Source of the DNA: the human T2T-CHM13v2.0 reference genome, Homo sapiens
Strand: one strand, 5' to 3'
Length of the DNA: 64,000 nucleotides
Assembly (NCBI RefSeq): GCF_009914755.1
Contig: NC_060926.1
Shown: positions 45,781 through 60,651 of the stretch, piece by piece
How the letters are laid out: each line of letters begins with the position of its first letter
How positions within the stretch are numbered: position 1 is the stretch's first letter
The notes under the pieces: generated by a model
The model's input: only the letters and a program-made list of their open reading frames with translations
Told to the model about the DNA's origin: nothing
Databases searched by the model: none
Program-made: the position numbers and the translations under genes

Positions 45781-47139
45781 CTAAGAAAAGAAATTATAGA
45801 AGGTGTAGTACAGCCAAGCAAAGTTGACACATTACAAACACACTACTTTTGTTTGAAAATATTATTTCATCTGTATATTTGAATAATAGTTGCAATAGAT
45901 ACACAATTAGAAATGCAGAGTTATTTTCCCTCAGCATTGGAAAATGTGGTTCCATGCTGTTTTGACTTCCACTTTTGATCCTGAGAAGTCTCCTGTCTGC
46001 TTAGCAATAATTCATTTTCCTTATGAGTAGTCTTTTCCTTCCTGGTCCTGTACATCTTCACGTTGTATTTGGTGTTTCACACCTAACACATTATTTATTA
46101 ATGTTGTTAATTATGTTTATCCTGCTTGAGACTCTGAAATTCCTGAATCTAAAGATTGGTCTTTTTGTCCATTCTGGGATATTCTTAGCTGTTATATCTT
46201 TGTGGATTCTTGCCTATTATATTTTTCTTTGTACAGCTGTTTTGATACATGTGAATTATTGTTATTATTATACTATGACTCAACATATTTTCCATATATT
46301 AGTCTCTCTGCATTGCATTCTGGGTAATCTCCTTACACCTGTCTCCCAAGTTAACTCTTCAGTAGTATTTAATTTGCAGTTTATTTTGAGTTACTAATTT
46401 TAATTATAGTTTTCCACTCTAGAAGTACTATTCCTTTTATTTTCATATTTGCTTGCTCATTTTTATTCTCTTCTATTCTGTCCCAATTTCAGTGTCTTGT
46501 TTTATTTAACATATTAAGAATACTTAGTTTATACATGTATTTTATAATACCGGTATATACACTCATTGTAGATACATATTTGCAGTTTAATAATTCTGTG
46601 AATTATTTTTTAGTTATTATACCTTATTTACCCATATGTTTTATGATTTTATTGTTAACTTGTGTTTCTTGATACTTTAACTGTGGAAATTCTTTAAGAC
46701 CTGTGTTTAAAGTACTTCCTGCAATTGGAATTTGCAGGTTCTTTTGCCAAGTGCCTGAGGGCACTTTCAGACCCAACCCCTGGCTTAGAGGTTTTTCTTG
46801 TGTTCAGGTAGTATAAATTCGAGCTGCCAATGCTTAAGGTTAGGAAAGCTTCAGAAAGTTTTTTTTTGTTTGTTTGTTTTTGTTTTTTTTTAGTTTTACT
46901 TCAAGTCAAAATGCTGAAACATGTAAATAAGCCATTTTGTCTCGCAGTAGGTTGCTTTTTATTTCAGTCACTGGGATATCACTTTTGGAATCAGGAGTTA
47001 TGCAAGAGTGTCTGATCAAACTTTTTACCCTGCTTGATTATCATTCAGTTTACTACTTTGCTTGTATTTACATTTGTACTTTTGAAACACAGGTTTAAGT
47101 GCTTTGGGTATCAGGAGCTGCATTCTGGCACTTGTTTAC

Positions 47140-49485
47140 CTCTGTGGATTAGGCATTGATTTCTTAGATATGACTAAAATCACAAGTGACAAAACTGGAC
47201 TTCTCAAAGTTCAAAAGTTTTGTTTCAAAGGACACCATCAAGAAAGTGAAAAGACTACCTACAGAATGGGGAAAATATTTGCAAACTATATAATAATTAA
47301 CTAGTATCTACAATATATAGTGAACCTTTAGAACTCAACAGTTAAAAAGACAACCCATTTTAAAAATGGGGAAAGGTTTTGTATAGCAGCTTCTCTCAAG
47401 AAAATACACAGTAAACCCATGAAAAGGTGCTCACCATCACTAGCAACTACAGAAATGCAAAAACACAATAGCACTTGATATCCAGTGGATTGGCAAAAAA
47501 AAGTTATAGATAACAAGTACTGATGTGGATGCAGAGAAATTGGAACTTTCATACATTGCTAGTGGGATTGTAAAATCATGCATCTACTTTGGAACACAGT
47601 TTGATAGTTCCTCAAAATGTTAATTAAGATTGAGTTGATACATGACCCAGCAATTGCATTTCCTGGGTATACACTTAATTTAAAAAATATATCTACACAA
47701 AAAATTGTGCACAAAATTTTATGGTAGCATATTCAGAATAGCCAAAAATAGAATCAAATCAAATGTCCCTTAATGGAAGAGTTTATAAACAAAGTTGATA
47801 TATTCATGCAATGGGATATTATTCAGCAAAAGAAACAAAAATCGGTTCAGGGAGTCTTCAAAAATTCATAGAAAATGCATATTATGAAAAATCTATGCAT
47901 GGATTTCAAAAAAATTTTTTACACCAAAATAAACTAGTATTAACTTGATATTATATATCTGAACAGGATCTAGTTTGAGGCACTACAAAAGATAAGACAT
48001 CAGTTTGAAAAGCAGAACAAGATGCATTCTGCTAAAATTGAAGCAAGAGTAAACATCAAATTTGTGATGACGCTTGGGTGGAAGAATGGCAAAATCATTG
48101 ATCCTTTATGAAAAGTTTATGGGGACAATGCTAGAAATCAGCAGTTTATAAATGGATAACTCTTTTTAAGAAGGAATGAGATGATGTTGAACATGAAAAC
48201 TGCAGCAGCAGATCTCCACATCAATTTGCAAGGAAAAAGTTACTCTTGTTCATGACTTAATTGAAGAGGACCCATGATTAATGGCACAGATAGTAGCCAC
48301 AGCTATAGACATTTCGACTGGTTCAACGTACACAATTCTGACTGAAAAATTAAAGTTGGGGTAACTTTCCACTTGATGGGTCCCAAACCCATTGCACACA
48401 AATCAGCTGAAGACAAAAGCTGAGCTTTCAATGGAAATTTTAAACAACTGGGCTCAAGATCCTGAAACAGTTATTCGAAGAATTGAAACATGGGTTTACA
48501 AGTATGACCCTGTGACAAAACACAATTAAAGCAATGGCTACCAAGAGTGGAAGTGGTCCGGTCAAGGCAAATCGGACCAATCAAGGGCAAAGGTCATGAT
48601 AACAGATTTTTGGGATCTAAGGGAATTTTATTTTATTTTATTTTCTGGCAGGCCAAAGGATAATGACATCTGCTTACTTACTATGAGAATGTTTTGAGAA
48701 TGTTAGCCGAAGCTTTAGCAGAAAAATGCCCAGGAGAGCTTTACCAGAGAGTCCTTCTCCACCCTAACAATGCTTCTGCTCATTCCTCTTGTCAAGCAAA
48801 AGCAATTCTGAAAGACTTTCAGTGTGCAGTCATTCATCCACCTTACTGTCGTGGTTTGTCTCCTTCTGACTTCTTGTTTTGTAATCTAAAAAAAATCTTT
48901 AATGGGCACCCATTTTTCTTCAGTTAATAAATGGATAACTGCATTTGATGCAGTAAAAATGACTGCATTGATGTGGTTAAATTCCAAGCACCCCCAGTTC
49001 TTTAGGGATGGACGAAATGTCTGGTATCATTGCTTGCAAAAGTACCTTGAACTGGATGGAGCTTACATCGAGAAGTGAAGTTACATATTTTTATTTGTCA
49101 TTTTAATCCAATTTTCCCATAAACCTTTTGAAGTCCCTTTGTACATGCTATGCCATGAATGAATCTCTAAAACCTGATGCTAAGTAAAAGAAGCTAGTTA
49201 CAAAAGGTCACATATTGAATGATTAGATTTAGATGAAATGTTCAAATTAGGCAAATTCTTAGAAAGCAGATTGATTAGTGGTTGCCAATGCCTGTGGGGA
49301 GATGAGGATGGGAAGTGACTATTAATGAGTGTGAGGTTTCTCTTTGGGGCAGTGAAAATATTCTCAAGTTAAATAATTTTGGTAGTTTATCAACTTTGTG
49401 AATATACTGAAAATCAATGAATTGTGTACTCTTAAAGGGTGAATTTTATGGCAGGTGAATGACAGTAAAGGGGTTATTAAAAATT
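47140..49485 (+). mobile_element. L1MB-like 3' portion split by HSMAR2
   Basis: gatttcttagatatgac, gaaaagactacctacagaatgg; resumes after the mariner with atgctaagtaaaagaagc and gattagtggttgcc. Confidence 0.75.
47848..49141 (+). mobile_element. Near full-length HSMAR2 mariner transposon (dead transposase)
   Basis: Inverted termini gagtcttcaaaaattcatagaaaat / attttcccataaaccttttgaagtcc, TA at 49142; disrupted ORF from ATG 48022 (MHSAKIEAR...) with WVPNPL and PPYCRGLSPSDFLF (YSPDLAP-like) motifs. Confidence 0.92.
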
Positions 49486-49493
49486 ACATGTAT

Positions 49494-49801
<308 letters not shown>

Positions 49802-51878
49802 TTACATGTATTATACTATGAATTCACCTAAGACTAAAGATGAAAAGAAGAATGTAATGAAAAATTATCTAATAGAGGGATTTTGAAATTAACTAAATCG
49901 AATAAGATCTAAAACCTCAAAGAAAACAAACAAACAAACCAAAAGAACAGGCCTGGGAAGGGGAAAATAGCCATTCCTTTGACAGTATCCTCAGCCTTCT
50001 ATTCATAATATTATTATTAGATGTGTAATAATGTTGATGTGTAACATATTTTTTACATTAACTGTTTAAAAATGTAACAAAGTGGAAAACACAAAAATAC
50101 ACATTTTGAGGGTTTATTTTAGATTGTACACCTGTGTAACCACCAACATAGTTCAGTAATAGAACAGTGCTAAGACTACAGGAGCTCTTTTTCTTTGCCT
50201 CAAATATTTATGCCCTCCTCTCCAAATGAACTGCTATTTTGAATTTTGTAGTAATTCCTTTCTTTAAAATTTTTTTTTATCACTGAATCTTACCAACAAC
50301 AAAAAAATAATGTTGCCTTTTTTGGGGGTAATGCCTATATATGGAATTTCTGATAGGCATATATATGTGGTCTTTTTTTCACAAATTTTTATATATGTGA
50401 AATACATCTATGTTTGTGTGTGTAGCTGTGATTCATTAATTTTCATTTCTGAATAACACTTCATTATAAAGTATTTCTACTTTTGATGACATTTATTTCC
50501 AATTTTCATCTATTGCAAATACATATAGGAACTACTGTTTACCATTTTATGACTATATATATGATTTCTGTTGGGTATTGCTGGGTCCCATTGCTAGAAC
50601 TGCTGGGTCATTGACTGTACAAATTTTGTACCTTGTAGAGTGGATTTCCCAGAAAAAAAAAATTGAGGCAAGATCTTGGATGCAGTTACTTTATTTGGGA
50701 GCAGGAAGAAGGCAGCAGGGGAGCACAACACGGGAGGAGGAAAAACTAACATGGGGTGCATTATTGAGGTCGTTGTTAGGTGCAATGGGAGCTCAATTTC
50801 TAAGGTGTCAGAATGAATACCAGAATTGCCCATCTGAAGGATGGGAGTTGGAGCAGGTTCTGTAGTGTTAGAGAAGGTCCTCAGACAGAAGATGGAAAGA
50901 CACACTGCTCATGCTTGAGGTGAATTGCCATTACAGCACTAGAAAGTTTCTGGGCTTTGTGGGATACCACTGTTATGACAGAAATTAGAGTTACACCGAC
51001 GTCATTTGTCAGGGAACTAGTGGCAATTGCTTCAGCCCATTCTTTAAGCTGCTCACATCTGCCTTGCCAATACATTAAGTCCGATCTGTCCTTTAACTCT
51101 TCAAGTAGATGACTAATTACAGTCTCCGGAAGGGTTAGTGGAACATAATAGACTCCCCTTGGTTGAAATTGTTTTCAAGTTTTTAATTTATATTCATCAT
51201 CTCCTGTTTTCTCTACTATTTTCGGTTTCCTGTACCTTTGGCCAGCATTTTGGCTGCTCGTGACCCATTAGGTTGCTACACTTGCCTATTCACTATTGTC
51301 ATCAGGCATGGAAGTACCAAAAGACATCAGTGAATCCTCTGAGTTCCAGGCATAGTTGTCTCTGGCTTCATATTTAGTAGCAAGTGTAGCTCCCCATGAT
51401 ACTTGAAATAATTCTCCTGTGCAAATATTATGACTAGTTTAGTTGTCTTCTGATTTATCAGCATGAGGTATGAAAGAGATTAGGCAGCAATCATAGTTTC
51501 AGGCTTGGAAAAATTGTATTATGTCCCTTGGTGGAATTATCATACCCTTTCCACCCAAGAAACAAGTTCCTATATTCTTGTAGACCCTGAGGTTGTAGGG
51601 ATGGAAATAATAGTTTGAGGATGAGTCACTAAAGAGAGGGTTAGAGGGGCTATTCCTACTTAATACCACTTGGTTTAGGCCCTGTGTGTTCCAGCCATTG
51701 GGTACAACACCCCATACGTTGGCCATTGTTTTAGTACTTTGACCCTAGAGTGTTTTTGCTTATCTGGAGGACGCACTGAACCTTTAATAGGTCATTCTAC
51801 CATTGTGTTAGACTGTGGCAGTTAATGCAATATGTGGTGAGATGAGTAGTTGCCACAGTTGTGCACTTGTTATATCTC

Positions 51879-52247
<369 letters not shown>

Positions 52248-52595
52248 TAGTAACTAAGTTGTAAGTTCTTACATTGTGGGGCTGACAGACTTACTATAAG
52301 CCAAGGAAGTTAACCCACATTCAAAAGTAGGTACCAGTTCTGTTAAGGATAGTTATTACTGTCTCCAGCATAGAATGAGTTCAGGGTGACATATTTATCA
52401 CCAAGTTTCTGGTTATTCTTGTTGAGAGATGCTAACACAGTGAGGGTTCATCATGGCTCTCTTCTGCTGACAAAAGTGTCTGCAGTAGGGGTTGTTACCT
52501 ATGACTTGGTGAGAAGCTGCCACATACTGCACTCATTGATAATGTCCATCTCTTCCACCATGTTGCTATTCATGGACCATTTGTACATAGACTAA

Positions 52596-55136
52596 TATTA
52601 TGAGATCTTTGGGGTGTCGCTTTTCTGGCTGGAAACCTGTGGCCAGTGGCACCTTTGCCTGAGGTTTGCTCAGGCCCACTGGGCTTGTTTCCATCAGGCT
52701 TTGCTCAGCTCATGCTGCCGGCCTGGATCCCATGGCTCCAAGGGAGACTGGAGTCAGATGTGGAGTGGTGACGGATGTGTGAGCAAACATGGGGTCTGGC
52801 CACTGCACAGTCAGACACACCAGCCACTGCTGCAGGGCAGGCAACTCTAGGTGCCGGCATGGGTGCCAGCTCTCCGCAAGTCTGCAGCTGGACCAGGCAT
52901 ACTGCAAGTAGCTTCCCCGGCTGGCACTGGGGAATGCAGTGGTACCCAGAAACATGAAGACACGAGGAACCACAGGGCCACAAAGAGGGAGTCACAGCTC
53001 TGGCTTGGGAAGCTCCCAGGTCTGGGCTCCCCAAAGGGCCGCAGCTCTTCTCTTCTTTTTTTTTTTTGCCTTCAACATGGCAAAAAGGGGCATGTTTCAG
53101 CCCTGTTTGTATTACAGCAGCTCTTTCAGTCTTGCGACTCAGCAGGTCCTGAGTTCTTGTCCTGTGACCAGGAAGAATGAGGTACTCAGAGCAGCGGAGT
53201 GTAAGCAAGATGAAGAGGAGCTTTATTGATCAATAGAACATCTCAGGAAAGCCCTGCAGTGGGCAGCTCCTCTCTGTAGCCAGGGTGTCCCAGTGAGTGT
53301 TCAGCTCCTAGCGGAGAGGGTAGCTCCTCTCTGTAGGCAGGTCATCCCAACAAGTGTTCAGTTCTCGGAAGAGAGAGGATAGCTGCTTTCTGCAGCTGGT
53401 TGTCCCAAGTGTTTAGCTATCAGCAGAGAGGGTAGCTCCTCTCTGTAGCTGGTTGTCCTATCATCTGCAGCTGTTGGCAGAGAGTAGGCCCCAGAGTGGG
53501 TGGCTCCTCTCTGCAGGCAGGTTGTTCCGTCGTTTGCAGCTCTCAGCAAGGAGGATAGCTACTCTGCAGCTGGTTGTCCCATTGGCTGTCCATCCTCTGC
53601 TCTGCTCTGGCTGAGCTCAGGGCTTTTATAGGACTCAGAGGGGAGGAAGTGCGTGCTTATTGGTTCATGGGCAGCCATGGGTGGGCCCAGAAAAGGCACC
53701 ACAAATCCCTACTCCAGTCCATGGGACTGGCAGCTTGGCCCCCAGCCTTCAGGCCCTCCCTGGCCTGAAGATGGGGCCTCATCAGGGACCTGCTTCCTTC
53801 TGCCCAGGAGCCCATCTGCCTACTGCCACTATCCATGGCACTGAGGCTGCTTGTGCCAAGGGGCACCTGCAGGCCAGCGTTGAGCCACCCTCAGCCCCTC
53901 CCTCAGCTTTCCCCCTGTGCTTGTTGGCGCCCAAGGTCCAGAGGGGGCCGAGGTGGTAGGAGGCTGGCATGTCAGTGCTTCCCTGAGCATGCCCACACCT
54001 GGCCAGGGTATGATAGCATGGGGGCTCAGCTCCAACTTTGCTCTGACATTGCAGTGGGCAGCTGCAGCTGCACCTGGAAGGGTGGGGCTGCTACTTACTT
54101 CTTGCTCCCACTGGCTCTGTGGAGTACGCAGCCCCAGCTTCACCCCCTCACAGCCTGGGGTAGAGGTTTCAGGTCCTCGCTGGGCCAGGCCGGTGTCCAG
54201 GGCAGGGGCAGCATCTCCACGAGGTCCCCCCATGGCCTCAGTGCTCAAGGGTTCCCAGAGCTCCTCCTGTAAAGGCTCATGGCCCTGCCCAGGGGGGCAC
54301 CTCTCTATTAGTCTGTTCTCATGCTGCCAATAAGGCATACATACCCAAGAATGGGTAATTTATAAAGGAAAGAGGTTTAATTGACTCAGAGTTTCACATG
54401 GCTAGGGAGGCCTCACAATCATGGCGGAAGGCGAATGAGGAGCAAAGTCACATCTTACATGGTGGCAGGCAAGAGTGTGTGCAGGGGAACTCCCCTTTAT
54501 AAAACCATCAGATCTCATGAGACTTAATTCACTATCATGAGAACAGCATGGGAAATACCTGACCCCATGATTCAATTACCTCCCACCAGGTCCCCCCAGT
54601 GAAACTGTGGGAATTATGGGAACTGAAATTCAAGATGAGATTTGAGTGGGGATGCAGCCAAACCATATTAGCCTCCTCTAATGGATTGTGGCCTGCCTTG
54701 CTGTTTGGAGTGTCAGGCCCAGCAATCACCCAGATGTGGGGTGGACCCCTGGGACATGGCCCCGGGTGGTCCTGGGCAGAGCCTCCCCTGAGGCACAGGA
54801 GCCTCACAGGGTGGCTGCGGTGACTGCACCGCTGACTGGGTCCCTGAGGTAGGCACTGCTCCCACTTCCCGTCCTGGGCCCACGAAACAAGGCCCCAGCC
54901 CCACCTCCTGCCTGAACCCTCCCCATAGCAGTGGCGGCCAGTGTCCAGAGCATGGGGGCTCTGGACCTGGGGGTGGGTCCTACCTGGCTGCACTAGGGTG
55001 GGGGCGGTGCATTTGGCTGCCTTGGGGACGTGGGGCACAGTGGACCCACCACCGCCATTGCTGTTCCCACAGGCACTTCTGCCGCCACCACCACCTCCCG
55101 CACCTCCCTGCTGCAGACAGCCCACCACTGCCATCA
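52596..55136 (-). mobile_element. MER52-family (MER52D-sized) ERV1 solo LTR
   Basis: Begins gatctttggggtgtcgcttttctggctggaaacc, ends cccaccactgccatca; GC-rich; internal ~50-bp repeats at 53250-53580; 4-bp TSD ctaa/ctga; ~2.2 kb once THE1 is removed. Confidence 0.8.
54304..54670 (-). mobile_element. THE1 (B/C-like) MaLR solo LTR nested in MER52
   Basis: tattagtctgttctcatgctg...gggtaatttataaaggaaagaggtttaattgactca...cagccaaaccatat; 5-bp TSD acctc/gcctc. Confidence 0.92.
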
Positions 55137-57064
55137 CTGACATGGCTGAGAACAGAGGCTCTATAACACCCACCCAATGGGTGGTCTCGTCACCTGGTTG
55201 TCACCTGGTTTTTGAGTATCTTTTCTGTGGTGGATACCTTATGATGAGCATTAGTATGAATCAAAAAAAGATTTACATACTCTGTGGCCATTACCACTGG
55301 TCCATTCAAATGCCTCTTCTCCAGATTTTCTTGTCTCTAATCTTGCAGACTTGTTCCTCCTGAGCCCTGACCAACCACTTTAGCCAGTTGCCACTGTCTG
55401 TCTGGCAGTCTGAAACCTACCTCAGGTTTCTTTTATTTCCATTCAAAAAGGATGTGGGTTCTGCCCGTAGGAAAAGTTTCTTCTCATTGTTTTTCATGAA
55501 TGCTTCTGAATTGAGCTATAGTTTAGCAGTAGTTCATATTGGCTGGAGATGACGTTGATTTGACCAATTTATGGAACAGGCTTCCCCCTCCCCTCCCCGC
55601 CCTTAAATTGTCTGTCAGGTGATCCTAGGAAATCCTTCCAGGAAGACAAAAGAGAAGTGTGTGATTTTTGAGTGTCTGAATGTCATATCAATTTTAGATT
55701 CCTGGGTTAAATCCCACTTAGATGTGCTATATAATCTTGTTAACATCTTGCTGAATTTGGTGCTAATATTTTGTTAAGGAATTTTGCATCTGTATTTATA
55801 AGTAATACCGGTATATAGATTTACGGTTTTTAAATCATGTCTTTGTCTGGATTTCGTATCAGGATGCCAGTGGGTTGGGAAATGACTGAAAACATTTTTG
55901 TAGGGTTGGTATTATTTCTTTCTTCAAAATTTAATCGTATTTACCAGTAAAGTAATCTGAACATGGACTTTTCTTTGTGGGAAAATTGTTAATTACTAAT
56001 TTAAATTTTATCAAGTTATGTAACTATCACTATAAATAAGTTTCAATACATTTTTATCACTGCATTGTCATTCCTGTGTCACATTACTGTTAATCCCTAT
56101 GTACTGTCTTGCCTCTACCCTCTGCTACAGGAAAATGCTAATATCTGTCTTTAAAGCTTGCTCTTTTCTGAATATTTTATGTAAGTGGAATCACACAGTA
56201 TATGGTCTCTTCTGTCTGACTCCTTTCACTAAACAAAATTTTTTTGAGATTCATCCATCTCATAGCATCTGTCAATAGTTCATTCCTTTTTATTGCTGAA
56301 TAATATTCCATTCAGTAAACATATCACATTTCAGTCATTTCTAAGTTTTGGTTTGTGATTATGATTATGATTATTGCTGCTAGAAACATATGTATGCAAG
56401 CCATTAGTAGATACTGTTGGTACAGTAAGAATGAAGAGACTTGGTAGTGAGTAAAGTAAGAGTTTCAGTGAAAAAGTTTGTGATGCATTTTTTTTTCTGC
56501 CTAGAAGCAAGCTTCCTTGTTTATTTACTTGGTTTTGGGATACTAAGTCATGTGACTGTATCTGAGTTTCTAGATAGTTGATGTGTCACTGTATATTACT
56601 TTGCACTGGTTTATTTATAACATTCTGCTTAATTTGCATTTTGTTCTCTCCTACTTGGTTAAAAACTCAATAAATGTAATGATTCTTTCAGTTTGCCTCC
56701 ATATTTTATACATAATACATGAGATAAATATATATTGATTAATTGAATTTAAAATTTTATCATCTCTTCAAAGGGCATATTTCATGAGCTTTTAAAAATA
56801 ATGTGAAAACACTACGGATATCTTAGTAAATAGGGACTATAGGTTCCCTATTTATTAAGGGATTAATTAACCAATATTCCCTTTATTAATAAGGCTTATA
56901 GTCTGACTTTTAAGGAACTGTATTTCTCTTTTGGTAATCTGTACTTCTAATTTGAATTTGAATATTGTACAAGTCAAATATACTAAGAGGTAAAGATTGC
57001 AGATAAAAGAGCAAATTTTCCCAGCAGTTAAGAAAAATGTTTCTATATTTTTTTGGGGTGGTTT

Positions 57065-57082
57065 TACTGACATCTAGTGGCA
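57065..57082 (-). promoter_or_regulatory. Second candidate CTCF site
   Basis: Minus strand reads TGCCACTAGATGTCAGTA, one mismatch from CCACTAGATGGCAGTA. Confidence 0.45.
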
Positions 57083-59117
57083 TTCAGCCCTATATATTTA
57101 AGCTTGCTTTATTTCTACTTGTCTTTCCATGACTATTTTATGTTTTAAAACTTAAGGAAAAAGCCAGTTCAGGTGTCTAACGTGAGGATAGCATTTTTTT
57201 GAGGATTCATGATATTATGCATATACCTTGTATATTATTTGACATAAATGGATAAATATGACTATGTCATTCATTCCTAAGTGCAGTTTTTTCCTGTACT
57301 TTTTCATTTCCTTTATTTGCTTGGATTTCCTTTCCTCCTCCTTTCCTCATTGATATAATCCCTCCCTTGCCCTGAGGTAGGTCATTATAACACTAGAGAT
57401 TTTCTCCATGTGCATGTAAATCAATGACTGAGTGATTATACGTCTATAAATACATATATACAAGTTACAAATTTGTGTTATTTGTTCTAGAAAAATAAGA
57501 TCATACATAATTCTTTGCATTTTGCTTTTCTTAGCTTACCTCTTGAAAATCTTTTTAAGATAGGTAATGTAGTTCTATTTGTTCTTTTAAATGTATGCAT
57601 ACTATTTAAAATTGTGGATGTATTTTAATTTTGTTTTCAGTAACTTTTCTGTTGGTGACTACTCATCATTAATTTTTTTTTTTTTTGCCACATTGAGGAT
57701 ACTTACATTACACATCCATGCCTATATATCCTTACATAGGGTAACTTTGACTCTTTGAGATAGCTTTTTATCAGTGAGATTGCTGGGTGAAAGAATGTGT
57801 TTAATTTTAATAGATGTTATCATATTGCTTTCAAAAACAGCTGAAATATCTTTGAGCAATGTATGAGAATACCTTCCCCACATCACCATTACTAAAATAG
57901 AATTTTTGGTATCTTAATTATAAAATAGTGTCACAAATAAAAGAAATATTTTAATATATTCTTTAGATTTATTTCATTTTTTCTTATAGCATGTGTTAAA
58001 ATTTCCAAGAAAATGATTAATAGTATTGATTGTGAATACTACTCTAGTTACTGATTTAAATAGAAGTGGATTTAGTTTTAGAATATAGGATATTTGCTCT
58101 TGGTTTTTAATACATGGTTTTAAAGTTTATATTTAAGTAGTTTCCTTCTAATTTTATTCTACTTAGAGTTTTTGTTATGAAGAGCTGCTGAATAGTATTA
58201 AATACCTTTTAAGTACTTACTAATATGATCATGCTATTTCTACCTTTCATTTGTTGATATAATCAATTATGTTGATAGATTTCCTAAATCTGAATTATTC
58301 TTACATTTCTGGAGTAAATTCTGCTCAGTTTAGATAAAACTCAGCTGTGATCTCATATGGTCCAGTCTTTTAGTAAATTGTTAAATAAAACATACATAAA
58401 AGAGAGTGTTTTTCAACATTTATATCCTTTACATAACTAGTATATATTTGATTTTACTGCTCACATTTGTATGGCTGAACAATACATTTTTAAATTTTAT
58501 CTTGTTAAACTTATAAAATAGAATCCTACTTAGTTCTTCTGGCTTATTCGGTCATTAGTATGTTTTTGAGGTTCATCCACTTTGATGCATGTAGTTATGT
58601 CTCATTAATTTTCATTGCTGTATAATACCTTACTATATGAATATACCACAATTTAGCCATTGAGCTTGATGGGCGTTTGTGTTGTTTCTGATTTTGGTGT
58701 TCTACAAATAATGGCATCATAAAATATTTTTAAAATATGCCTTTAGTACAAATGTACAAGAATGTGTCTAAGATGTATTCTAGAACTCAAGCTAAAGTTT
58801 GTCTTGAGTTCAGATGGATAGGGTTTGTCCATGTTCAATTTTGTGAGTTACTGCAAGACTACTTTACACGTTTTTGAAATTATAATCACACCAGCAGTTT
58901 ATGAAAATTGCCGTTTCTCCATATTCTCACTATCATTTAATATTTTTGAAATTTAAATGTTTACTACTTTGGATGCGAAATGAATCACATAGTTTAAAAA
59001 CTTTATTTTGAAATAATTTTAAAATTATAGAAGTATCACAAGAATAAAATGATTCCTCTTATTTACCCAGATTCATTGGTTCACCATATTTGCCTTATTT
59101 TTTGAATTTGTACGTGA

Positions 59118-59222
59118 ATGTATGCATGTGTGTGTATTACTGTATGTATATATGTAAAATACATATATATACACACACACACATTTATACATGCACATAT
59201 ATATATATATATATGCACACAC
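59118..59222. repeat. Mixed (TG)/(TA)/(CA) microsatellite
   Basis: Alternating purine-pyrimidine runs. Confidence 0.85.
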
Positions 59223-60651
59223 ATTTTTTTCCTTATCCATTTGAGAGTAAGTACCTACACTATCTCACAACACTTCAGCATGTATGTCCTATAAATAATG
59301 CTTTCTGCATAATGATGCTACATCAATTGAAATAAAGAAATCAACATTGATAACACTCCTACCATCCAATACCTAGAGCTCATTCACATTTGCATTTGAC
59401 ATGGTGGCTATAGGATCAGGTTTCCTCTACTCACTGTGGTGACTATGTTTCCATTGTAGTTTTTATAAACATTTCTTAGATTACAGATTAGAAGAAACTT
59501 TGACTTATTGGGAATTTAGATGCTGCTTTTGAAAATTTTCTATTCCTTTCTTTTGTCCTCTCCCTTCCTATTTGGATTCTTGTCTTTTTTTTTTTCTATT
59601 GATTCTAGATATTTGCAAATATCCTCTAGATTCATTGGTTTTCTTGAATCTGTGTATTGGTATCATTCATAAGTCTGGAACATTCTTACCACAATATCTT
59701 TCAATATTCCTCTGCCCCATTCACTTTTGAAAACTTCATTTAGATGTAAATTAGATGTTCTCATTCTCACTTCTTTAAAACTGTATTCTATATATTTTTT
59801 AAATTCTTTGTTTCCTGTGTTCTGTTCTGAATAATTTCTATCAGTCTGTCTTCCTGCTCAGCAATTATTTCTTCAGACTTTAAAACCAAGCTATTTAGTT
59901 TTTGCCTACAATCTAAAAAATATTTGACTATTTTATGACCACAAAAGTAATCTAGAGTTTTTTTTTTTTCAAAAAAGCTTTATGGTATTACCTTTTACAT
60001 TTAGATTTAAAATAGATTTTTTAGTATGCTGTGAGGTAGGGGTAAAGATTCATATTTATGTATATGGATAGTCAGTTGTTCAGTACAACTTATTGAAAAG
60101 TTTTTCCCTATTGCATGATAGTAAAATGCAATCAACTGACTGCATATGTGTTGGTGTGTTACCAGATTCTTTTCCATTGATAAGTTTATCTTTTTTTTTT
60201 TTGCAAATACCAAATTGAATTAACACTCTAGCTTTACAATAGATCTTGAAATAACACTTCAATATACATGTAAGAACATGTTCCAGGGATGGATCTTTAT
60301 GATAATTTAAAAATATATAGCAATAATGAAATTACTCAGAAAGAGAATGCATACATTTAATTTGACTCAGAAGTGTTATATTGCTTTCCAGAATGACTTT
60401 ACCAATCTATACTCCTCCCAGCAGTGATCATCCTGTATATGTTCACATTTCCACCAACATTTGGCATTGCTCAGCATTCATTTTATTAGTATTAAAGGTA
60501 TAACCATGATATAATATTTTAATATTTATTTCTCTTATTAGCATATTTGAGCATACTTTTTATGCTTGTTAGCCTATACTTATCCTTTTCCTATTTTCCT
60601 GTTGGTTTTTTAAATCCTTGTTGTGCAGGAATTCCTTATATATTCTAGATT

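Larger units (their letters stand above)
55680..60650 (-). mobile_element. Patchwork of ancient L1M fragments with some unique sequence
   Basis: Several antisense L1 ORF2/3' UTR motifs (ctaatattttgttaagga, gagattcatccat, tgagattgctggg, tttattttgaaataatttta); boundaries not resolved. Confidence 0.55.

Noticed and set aside
46023-46397. 124-aa hydrophobic ORF resembling a membrane protein
   Set aside because: T-rich, probably antisense L1/HAL1-like DNA produces Phe/Leu/Ile-rich frames; no promoter or splice support.
52614-55363. Cluster of 60-212 aa ORFs on both strands
   Set aside because: All lie in or start within GC-rich MER52/THE1 LTR sequence; the ~50-bp internal repeats are part of the MER52 structure.
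58782-58812. 9-bp inverted repeat gaactcaag / cttgagttc
   Set aside because: Too short to exceed chance in 64 kb.
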